Positions 47,101-57,664 of a stretch of DNA of 64,000 nt are shown here, in pieces. The stretch lies in assembly GCF_964204645.1 (NCBI RefSeq), contig NC_134035.1, positions 5,766,001-5,830,000 on the forward strand, given 5' to 3'. The position numbers were made by a program, and so were the translations under genes. The notes under the pieces were generated by a model. It made no database searches. It was given only the letters and a program-made list of their open reading frames with translations, and was not told the DNA's origin. Each line of letters opens with the position of its first letter. Position 1 is the stretch's first letter. The DNA is from Tubulanus polymorphus (Eukaryota > Animalia > Nemertea).

Positions 47101-48767
47101 ACGTTCGAGCTATGGATAGAATTCAGGTTCAATATATTATATATTATGATTTCGCATGAGAAATGATTCAAACAACCTATTAGATTCACCTTCCTTATCT
47201 ATCATAATATGTTAACGAGTCAATTACTTTATCTACAAACAGTTCAATAATATCAATTTGAATCAATTTTCAGTGACCCCAACATTGAGACAACGTAAGT
47301 GAATTTTTTTGAACACATCTTCCCTATGGACAGGCGATTAGAGGTCTTATGCCAATCAGTCCTCTGACTGTCGTACATCGACATAATGATCACAAACGAG
47401 AGTCTTTTCATCATTTTTCTCAAATTGTTTATTTTGGACGAAGTAGCAATTAATCGTTTATGCAATGTATCATGAAAATCATCATATAATGAAAATCAAT
47501 TATTGTGTTTGATAACCGATTTGGCGTTAGTCACATCGAAAAGGCGCCAGATTCCCGGTTAGTACATATATTTTGCAACTTGTTCTCGTTTAAGCAGCAC
47601 GACTGTAGCAGAAACTACGACCACCGAGCAGTAAGTAGACAATCAGCCGATAGGATGGCAAAAATAATTTACGATCACTCCTGAGGCTTAGAGGCCACTC
47701 TCCCAGTCAGGACGGTGTTTCTCCAATGCGTAGGAGACCAGTCTACTATGCTCGCAGTCTGAACGGTGTCTCTTGATGCGTAGGAGACCACTCTCCCCTG
47801 TCTGGACGGTATCTTCGCATAAGAGACCCCTCCATCACTCTGGACGATGTCTCCTGAATCGCAGGAGACCATTCATCCTGTTTAGTGGACTGTGCCCTAT
47901 GGACTTATTGTGTTTGACCACCAATTTGGCGTTAGTCATATCGAAAGAGCGTTGTGGTTGTAGTTAGCACATATATTTTGCAACTTTTTCTCATTTCAGC
48001 ACCACGACTGTAGCAGAAACAACGACTACTGAACAGTAAGTAGACAATCAGCCGATAGCATAGCAAAAACGATCACTCCTAGAGCGTAGCCAATCTCCCT
48101 ATCTGGACGGTGTCTCCTAATGCGTAGGTGACCACTCTCCCACTCTCCCCTGTCTAGAGACGATGTCTCCTGATGAGTTAGAATCAACTTCTCCTTGACG
48201 TGCAATAATCGTCCCATCACGACCATGCCAAGCAGCTGACCTTAACTTTTAGGGACGGGATAATTTCCCGGAATGTCTCAATGATACTCGCTAAGACAAT
48301 AAATTCATTGCGAGTTGCTGGTCGTGAAATTACCGAAAATCTATCATGCATTTCAGGCCGACGACAACAGTAGGTCATTCAGGAGGTAAGTTTCGACAAA
48401 AATAATGAAGTTGATGACTGCAGGCCAGGTTGACTTGTATTGGATCTCTCGCATTCTTATCACTGATAAAATTGTTTCAATAACTTATAGTTATTGTATG
48501 TTTACATGAATTACCTAAGATGAATTGTTATTAACTACGATTCGTATGTTTATCGTGTAAAATGTTTTATCTGATCCAGGAAATGGCGGTGGAAGTTCCT
48601 TTGTAGGATGCAGCAGTCAGGCCGATGGATTCTACAGGGACCCGGATGATTGTGCTAAATATTACCGATGTGTCGGTGGTATACAATACGACTTCAAATG
48701 CCCTCATGGCCTCTTTTTTGATTTACAAAGTAATGCTTGTAATTGGCCTGATGCAGTTCAGTGTTGA
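44116..48767 (+). CDS. GH18 chitinase copy 1 (CHIT1/AMCase-like) with Thr-rich linker and CBM14, 13 exons
   Basis: Exons 44116-44176, 44639-44822, 45002-45254, 45369-45478, 45678-45801, 45949-46143, 46735-46854, 46937-47082, 47274-47294, 47595-47630, 48000-48035, 48357-48385, 48580-48767. Catalytic [18 protein letters not shown], and a 6-Cys CBM14 ending CNWPDAVQC*. Confidence 0.95.
44338..44359. repeat. (CA)n microsatellite
   Basis: About 11 AC units in chitinase 1 intron 1. Confidence 0.9.
46350..46595 (+). mobile_element. CR1/L2-type LINE reverse transcriptase fossil in chitinase 1 intron 6
   Basis: Translates to [24 protein letters not shown] and NRKQVV...[20 protein letters not shown]. 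Decayed counterparts at ~53140-53270 and ~60020-60130. Confidence 0.85.
47675..48180. repeat. Hairpin-forming ~42-bp intronic repeats between linker exons (also 54880-54980 and 61045-61600)
   Basis: Unit approximately GGAGACCACTCTCCCAGTCTGGACGGTGTCTCCTAATGCGTA; GGAGAC and GTCTCC are self-complementary. Confidence 0.8.
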
Positions 48768-49385
48768 ATAAAGTAATCATAGGACATGATATCAACGGAG
48801 AGACTTGTGTTATTTCATATCGTGATATACTTTTGATAAGCATTTCTGCTAATTTTTATTCAATCATTAATTCTAGTACATAGTAGGATAATCAACATTT
48901 TTGTTTCTCGGGCTACTCGTACCGTCTGGTCTGCCTGTGAGTCTCGGTGCGTGTGTGTGCGCTTGACAGCTACTGGATTCGTTAATAGGTGGTTGATCCA
49001 AATGAAACCTGGGTACAATGTTAGTTTACAGGGGTCTAGTTGTGCAAGAATGGACCCGCTGCATCACCTAGCGGAAGAACTAGTGTCACTAAAAACTCTG
49101 ACGTCATAACTGAGGAATGGGGTGAAATTCAGATGTAGCTATTGGCATTGGGTACAACATATACAAAATGCAACATGGAAACTAACGCATGGTAATTTCG
49201 GGGTTCGAGTCAGAGCCCGATTACCGTTGTCGCCGATAGATGGCTTGTTATCAATATTAATTATGCAACAATTATGCAAACCTTCGGCGAAGATTTTAAC
49301 GCACCTCTCAGAGGGAGGGGATAGTCGCCTCTCGGGGGCTGGTTTTATAGACTGGTGTATCTTTACTGTCGTTGTCTTGCCTTAA

Positions 49386-49559
49386 GCCCAACGCACACGG
49401 CAAAACATTTGTTTCGCCGAAACCGATAACACGATTTTCAGAAATCGTTTTTTGCTCGTGAAAAACTTTTTTCAGTTCGGCTTTTTTTCTTTTGCCTACC
49501 CCGCAAACGGCATAACAAAAAACATCGAAAACGTTTTTTCGGTGCCGTGTGCGTTGGGC
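49386..49559. mobile_element. Harbinger-like MITE between chitinases 1 and 2
   Basis: TIR GCCCAACGCACACGGCA / TGCCGTGTGCGTTGGGC with T/A-rich (TAA-type) flanks; absent from the homologous spacer near 55685. Confidence 0.75.
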
Positions 49560-50574
49560 TTTATTCGTCATCAGATTTGTTGACAAGTTGCTGCCAATGG
49601 TGACCACCTGATCTTCTCTTTCTGTTGGTTTAAGGCATCGTGCCATCCTCTGTAGGCCTATTAGGTGCGAAAGTTCTTCGGTGCATACAGTGTTAGGGGG
49701 GGGGGGGGGTATCTGCTGACGTAATTACAAATGCTACGAGTAACGACCTACTTATTTGATGTTATCTCAAATAAATCATGCGCTGGTAATCTATCTTTCC
49801 GACATCATTTAAATCGTTTTTACGTTTTCTAGTATTTACACATGTCAGAATATTTAAAAAAGATGCATCACGTATATTGCGTAAAAATTTCACCTTTTAT
49901 CTAAATTCTAATCGTTTACAAGGATATTTCAGTTGTTCGATATTCTTGTTACCTCCACGTTTGTTTTCCTTCCGTGGGATTCATCTCATCAGTCGCTGTT
50001 CATATGTGTTGAAAAAACAACCTATCTTTGCGTGAATACGTATGGCTTGCGGGGACCACACGTTCTTAAAAGTTCTTTATTCTTTTTCCATCGGAAAGGC
50101 ACATTCAAGTTAGTTAAAGGAATGACCCTAGCTACAATAGCTCCCCGGCATAGTACCACCATCATTTCATCACTGGTCATTTTGATGATAAACTGTGAAC
50201 ATGGACTATACTTTAGTTTGCACTCTTCATTTCATTTCTCGATTGAAATGATTGAATTTCGAATAATATTCATCGATTTTGTCGATTTTTACAATAAGCA
50301 ACACGAAATTTACGCACGTTTACAACATGTGACAACAACTACACTATACTTGTCTATTATGATTTTCTATTGAGAAACATGTCAATTTTAACGAATAAAC
50401 AATATTATTCTAAGTGAGCTCATTTAGAGACAATGATTTGTGCCATCTATGTTAATTACAAATATACCTGACGTTATACAACGTCGGAATTTTATTTCAT
50501 TTTGAAAATTCAATTCAATACGAAATAACCGTTGTAATTAGTCCTATTATTTTCGAACAGATTCTACCGTTCCC

Positions 50575-50660
50575 AGACTTGTTCGACATTTCAAATGTCT
50601 CGATTCAGCTGATAAGATTATATATTCAAAACATCTATTCTCTATAAATACTGTCTACAG
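50575..50660 (+). promoter_or_regulatory. Chitinase proximal promoter (GATA site plus TATA box), conserved in copy 1 at 44010-44075
   Basis: CTCGATTCAGCTGATAAGATTATA is identical in copies 1 and 2. TATAAATA at ~50643, about 55 bp before the ATG. Confidence 0.6.
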
Positions 50661-50700
50661 GGAACCAGGGATCCGAAGCTGGACACGATCAGCTAACTTC

Positions 50701-53700
50701 ATGATGTTACCTGTTTTACTTCTGTTCGCTTCGGCGCTTTTGATTTCTGCAACTGGTAAGTTACATTGTTATCAAAAGCCAAGACCAAGTTCCCGAGTTC
50801 TTGAACTCAACAGTTAAAATTAGTTCATTTTCAATGTCAAAATCTGAACTCACAACTGTGTGTCAGTCTTGCAAAAAGTTAAAACTCAAATTTCTATCTT
50901 ACGTAGTCGCTATCTGTTATTTCAGGTTTCCAGTGAGTTGGCTTTTTCCATGAAACTGCTTCCAGAACCAAATTTTTATTTTCATTTGTTAAAACTGACC
51001 CTTGGGCTTTTTATCCCTTCGGCTTTGTATAATTATGGACATCTCTTAAATTTCATCTTTTCGTGTTTTATTTATGTTACAGATTACAAGATGGTATGTT
51101 ACCACACTAACTGGTCACAGTACCGACCCGATGATGGGAAGTTCATGCCCGAGAATATAGACCCTCATCTGTGCACGCATATCATATATTCGTTCGGTAA
51201 AGTTGTCGGTAACGATATCGTACCGTACGAATGGAACGATGACGATACCGATTGGTCGAAGGGCTTGTAAGTATTTGATTGTGAAACCCTTAAAATGATT
51301 GTTTGGTCTATGATTTTTTATGTAATTCGAATACATCTTGCCTTCTTTGCCTCACAGGCCGAACTCCGATGTGCTATTGCGATTGAGCGATATAAAAATC
51401 CCTACAACTAACAAAAATATTAAAATATAATTGTAAAGGTACACGCAATTCAACGAATTGAAAAATCAGAATCCAAGTTTGAAAACTCTGATCGCGATTG
51501 GAGGTTGGACCCACGGTAGTACTGGGTTTACTGAAATGGTCGCAACTAAAACGAATCGTGCTCAATTCGTCAAGAACGCGATCGCTTTCCTGGAGAAACG
51601 AGGTTTCGACGGGTTAGATTTAGACTGGGAATACCCTGCTAATCGTGGAAGCCCTCCCCAAGATAAACAGAACTTTGCTCTTCTTTGTCAGGTGAATTAT
51701 CTATTCCGAAACAACTATTGATGAAATACTATGTCCGTATCGTGACGATGTATAGTGGCTCCCACACTAATAAGACGAGAAAGATGAAGTCCGAAGTTTC
51801 CTAAACGTTATTAATTCATTGATTCGACGTTTCGACGATAACCTTATAGTCATCTCCAGGAATACTGAGTTAACAAAAATATGAGATATTAATGATTTAT
51901 CTCCTAATTTTGTTAACTCAGTATTCTTGGAGATCATAGTCGATATGTCGAATCAATAAATCATCAGCTTTACGGAAACTTCGGACTTCATCTTTCTCGT
52001 CTCATTAGTGTACGATTCCTTATACTATTATGTAACACCTGACGATGGTTTCTATAATAGAGACATATTAGTCAGAAATACTCACTTTCATCTGCCTTTC
52101 TCTATGATCAATGTTTTTCTCTTCCAAAAAGGAATTGCGAGAGGCCTTTGATAAGCGTTCTAACCAGTTACTTCTGACAGCTGCTGTGGCCGCGGGTAAG
52201 GCTACCATTGAAACTGCATACGATATACCAACTATATCCAAGTACGTATAACTCGCTAAATAAATATCCTCTCCACACTAGTAATGAAGAATAGGAGTCC
52301 GAAATATTTCCTGGATATAAATCCGCATACTTTTAAATCTTTTCTAGGCCAAATTTATGAATGATGAAATCTTCTGCTGTTTTTAATTCTAATTCAGATA
52401 TTTGGATTTTATCAATTAAATGGCTTACGATCTTCACGGCGGCTGGGAGAAAAAGACAGCCCACCAGACTGCGCTGTATCCGAGGAAGGATGAAACTGGT
52501 GATGACAGAAATTTGAACGTGGTAAGTGATACTTCTTTCATTTATTATCGGTTCCAAAAACCTTATTCAAGAGTTAGATTCAAGGCTCTAGGGTTAATGC
52601 CACCACGTTCGAATCCCTGTGTGAGGAGGATTGGTTGTAAGAAGAACTACTATTTGAAATGTAACTTCTATCAGCTACCATTAGTCGAAGGGATGTAACT
52701 ATCCGAATTCAATCTCAATTTGGAAAATTTTGCTGTTTATTCTCTCTAGGATACAGCAGTTAATCTGTGGTTAGCAGGTATCTCAGCTGGCGGACAACCT
52801 TCAACTAAACTAGTCCTGGGTTTGGCTACGTATGGACGTGGTTTTACACTTACCAGTACCGTTAAAGGAATGGGTGCTCCAGCGTCCGGTCCATGTCCAG
52901 CCGGCAAATATACAAGAGAAAACGGATTCTTATCCTACTACGAGGTACAATTTGTTTCCTTCTCTCTTTAAGTAACTGTCGCCTATTTCAGGTCTACCTT
53001 CAATTTTCATTTATGGTGTTGGAAAAACGTTGTTGTTTACAGTGGGTTGATCTTATCGAGGAATGTAACGTTCAAATGACCGGCAGATAATTTGTTTTTA
53101 GATATAAGTACTACGTAGAATAATAACATTATGATTTACGTAGCATACCTTATCTAACTAATAGAAAACAAGCCGTTAAGTCCAATAAGTGTTTATCCTC
53201 ACTCTCGATATTACTTCTGGTGTCCCCCAAGGATCTATTCTACGACCTCCTATTTTTATTTTTCATGGTACTTATCATACCGATATCATAAACGAAGTAA
53301 TTTCAAAGGTATCATAATTTATATTTGTTTATTTGTCCACGTTTTACCTCTGTAGATCTGTGACCTTTTTAAAAGTGGCGCACAACGATTTTTCGACGAG
53401 GAGAATAAGGTACCATATGCCGTTGCGGGAAGCACTTGGATCGGTTACGATGATAAAGAAAGTTTACTTATCAAGGTAAGGAATTGTTTAAGCGCATGAA
53501 CGAGAGTAGAAATTTCGATTGAATTTGGGAACTTGTGTTGTATTAGGTGAACTATTTGAAATCGAAAGGGCTCGGCGGTGGTATGATCTGGACATTGGCT
53601 TTAGACGATTTTACCGGAACACATTGCGGACAAGGGAAATATCCTCTATTAAAGACGATTTCGCAATCTCTCCGTGGAGACGTTGTCACCGTGTAAGTAC

Positions 53701-55501
53701 ATTTTCATTAGAGCTGTGCTGATATGTAGATTAAGTATATTTTTCTAATTAGAAATTATTCTACCAGGGCTTCGTATTAGAGTGTTCATGGATCGTACTA
53801 ATATCTAAATTTTTTCATTTTATTGGGGTTCGAACTTACCGGTACTATGGGTCACGAGTTTGGTTACGAAGTTTAAATGTTATCTCATGGTCGTTCAGAT
53901 AAATTCGTTGGGCAAATACATTTAATATGGTGTTATTGTGTGTGGAATTGGACACAGGCACCCAAGACCTGTCTGCCCCGGTCCTTCGTGTTAATCAATT
54001 CAAGGCGTGCTGAAGACTGTAAAAGACATTTGTGACGATGTTTTCATTCACTGGAAACATATGTAGTGATTTCTCGGTTATAGTGTGAGTGAATGCCCGC
54101 AAACTCATTTATGACACATTTTACTTGTAAAAGCTAGGTATTTTAGCTTTAGAAAAACAAAGAAAGGTTGATTCCAAATATTTCTATTAAGAATAGAAAT
54201 GCTGCCTGTCTGATCATTTTCAGGGATTTTGAATACGAGAAAATAGGTATCATCATTTTTGCCTTTGTGTAACATGTGCGCTGTGCAATTGTATTTATTG
54301 TTGAGAAAATAAACTAAACTGAAACTCAAATCTTAAACTAAAAATACCGTTCGGTGATACATATCATTCTGGATAATTTTTCAGTGACCCCAGTATCAAG
54401 ACAACGTAAGTAAAATCTTTGAATATATCAATCCGTGGCTATGTTTGTTGCGTAAAGGTTTCGATGTCATTGTTCGATCACCAATAACTTGAAACTGATG
54501 CATATAGATCGTGATCGGGGGATTTACAATATAATTCGAGCCTGTACACTGTTTTGCTTAAATTGCACATTTAGATATTAACTTTGAAGTAATTCTTTAT
54601 GTACATTAAATAAAATCATGTAAAGCACTTATTGCATTTTCCAAACAATATGACGTAGTCACGTCAAAAAAGTACGTGGTTACGGTCAGTACATTTGCAA
54701 CATCAAAATTTGTAAATTTAAGTTTACGACCAGTCGACAGGATATCGCAAAAATAAGTGCTTCTACATCAAATATGTATGATACAATACCACATAGGCCT
54801 GGAGCCAGTTCGACTGTTTGAGTTACTCTGAGATTCCAGGCTTCCTTAACATTGGCCATGAACTGAACCACTTTATTTTTCTCTGGACTGTGTTTCCTAA
54901 TGCGTACCACTCTCCCAGTCTGGACGCGGTGTCTCCTACTGCGTAAGAGGCCACTCTCCCATCCTGGATGGTGTCTAAATTACGAGTAAAAGAACACTTT
55001 TTCATGTTGGCAATTATGTAATATTTTCAGGCCGACGACAACAACAGTAGGGAATCCAGGAGGTACGTTTACTGTTTATTGACAGAAATAATGAAGATGA
55101 TGAACTACAGGCCTGCTGACTTGTACTGGCTATCCCTCCTAATATTATCACTGATCAATAATGTATCAATAACTAAATTATATTGTATGTTTATATGAAT
55201 TACGTTAGATGAATTAGTATCAACTATAATTTGTATATCGTGTAAAATGTCAGATGAATTGTTATCAACTATGATTCGTATTTTTATCGTGTTAAATGTT
55301 TTATCTTATTCAGGAAATGGCGGTGGAGGTTCGTTCGTAGGATGCAGTGGTCAGGCCGATGGTTTCTACAGAGACCCGGATGATTGCGCAAAATATTACC
55401 GGTGCGTCGGTGGTGTACAACATGACTTCAAATGTGAGAATGGTCTCGTTTTTGATTTACAAAGTAATGCTTGTAATTGGCCTGATGCAGTTCAGTGTTG
55501 A
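50701..55501 (+). CDS. GH18 chitinase copy 2 with short linker and CBM14, 11 exons
   Basis: Exons 50701-50755, 51083-51266, 51439-51691, 52132-52241, 52398-52521, 52750-52944, 53356-53475, 53547-53692, 54385-54405, 55031-55062, 55314-55501. DxDxE motif intact. Confidence 0.95.
51762..52012. mobile_element. Palindromic element, family A, second copy (chitinase 2 intron 3)
   Basis: Homologous to 1432-1668. Minus arm: ATTC-CTGGAGA-T-GACTATAAGGTTATCGTC-GAAA-CG-TC-GAAT. Absent at the equivalent position in chitinases 1 and 3. Confidence 0.7.
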
Positions 55502-57664
55502 ATAAAGTGATTCTACCACTTAACATCAACGGAGAAACTTGAGTTATTTCATATCGTGATGTACTTTTGATGAGCATTTCTGCTAATGTTATTTTTTATA
55601 ATCAGAAGGAGGTGATAGTATCCTAATTGCTCAGGGCTTTATAGACCGTTATTACATGCATCTTTTGTGTCGTTGTCTTCCCTATTTACGAATTCGTCAT
55701 CAGTCTGAATTGGGTTGGCTGAAAGATTGCTGATCGACAATGCGTGACCACCCGATCTTCTCTCTCTGCTGGTATAAGGCATCGTGCATCCTCTGCAAAA
55801 ATTCTTCGCTCACTTTCGATCGTTAAGATTTCTTTACACTGAACACTGGGTCTGCTGACGAAACTACCAACCGATGCGTCGCAGGAAAGCACCCGTTTTA
55901 TATCAATTATATCAAAAGTTCATAAAGATGTTTTTATGAATTTTTGGATATAATGCGTACCGTGCTGGTTCGAAAGAGTCGATGTACACCTGTTTTTCCG
56001 CGTGCGTTATAGAGATACTAATATTTTCCTTCTAGTCTTTTTAGTAAAAAAAAACTGAAAAACGTTGTCATTGAAATTAACAACCGTACGTAATAACTTG
56101 CCTGAACTGGAAACTTCGATTTTGGTTCATGCGGTCCATTTCCTTAGAATGAACGATCTATTCCCGGAAGAAGAGTTCGTTAGGTATCTCGTTTGAATAA
56201 ACGTTTATTTCCTCATCGAAGAATTCAACAGCGCAGTTAATTATTGATAAAATTGTGTTGTCGCGCGCACGCACCGGGATTCCGAATATATGATTCATTT
56301 TGATTGAATGAAAATACTCACGATAACTAATTAAATGTGCCACCTCCAGATTCTAACATAACGTATCGAAATAATGGTATCGCAATAAACAGTGAAAATG
56401 ATTAAGGCTCTCGAACTACGTGATGTTTCAATTTGTCATCGCGTTCTCAACATGAAGTCCGTGGTTTTTTTGAAGTGTTATGAAAATGTACCGGCGAGAT
56501 TGATATTGCTTATTAGATTTATAAAACGTATATAAATACATCATTTTCCGTTCTAACTACAAATTTGTATCCCGATTCACAAGTGTACGGTGCACGTACG
56601 AGGCTGCTACAGCAGGAATACGAGGTGAGGGCATTTCTTCGGTTTTCTGACATATTTTCTCGCTTCCATCGAGATCAGACAATAGTGTATTTTATGGAAA
56701 ACCTCTTTCTTCTATCAGCCTGGATCCGCCCATGCAAGCTTGGCCCTAACTCTAATCCATTTTCATTTGATTTGATCAAAGTTCACTATATACACATCGG
56801 GATTTGAAACGTCATTTACGTATAAAATTTGGGTCCAGAACTGTGTTTAGGTTGTCGACTGATTGATGCAGTAATTATTTAATCCGCTGCTAATAGCTAT
56901 ATCGTGCCATCATTTTATCTGTAGTAAGTTCAATAAGAAACAGTTAATATGTCTGCGGCGGATATAGGGGAACTTGTGTTTAGACTTGAACGATCAAATT
57001 ATTTTACAGCCCCCGTTCATTTAGTCAAGAAAATCGGTGTACTCCAGTCCGAGAGTACATCTAATATTGCCTTTATGAACATCGAAGTGTCATTTTTGGA
57101 TGTGACAAGTCTCTCAAAATTGACCCCCGAATATGCTCTGTACTTTAGTTAGCGCTATTCATTTCAATTCCTTTCTCCTGATTAAAATGATTGAATTGTG
57201 AAATAATTATTCATCGATTTTGTCGATTTTTACAATAAACACGACACAAAAGTTAAGTACGTTTACACATGTTACAACAGCTTCTATAAAATTGATCTAT
57301 TCACTAATTTTGTACGGAGAAACATGTCACTTAAACGAATAAACTAAAACATTGTAAGTGAACTGATTTCGAGACAATTAATCAACAAATTGATTAACAA
57401 ATAATTCGAGCTATTTGTGTTGCAAATGTAGTGACGTTGCTGGTGCGTTTTCAAAACGTCTAAAATTAATTGCCATTTGAAAATTCAATTCAATACGAAA
57501 CTGAATGAATCGTCATAATTAGAGAACATATTCTATACCGTTCAAAATATTTGCAATTTCTCGATTCAACCGATGAGATTACATTCGAAACATCTCAAAT
57601 TCCTCTATATATATATACTGTCTACAGGAAACGGCGACACAAGAAGACACGATCAACTAACATC

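Noticed and set aside
47675-47900. CRISPR-like hairpin repeats with variable interiors
   Set aside because: The interiors are degenerate versions of one sequence rather than unrelated spacers.
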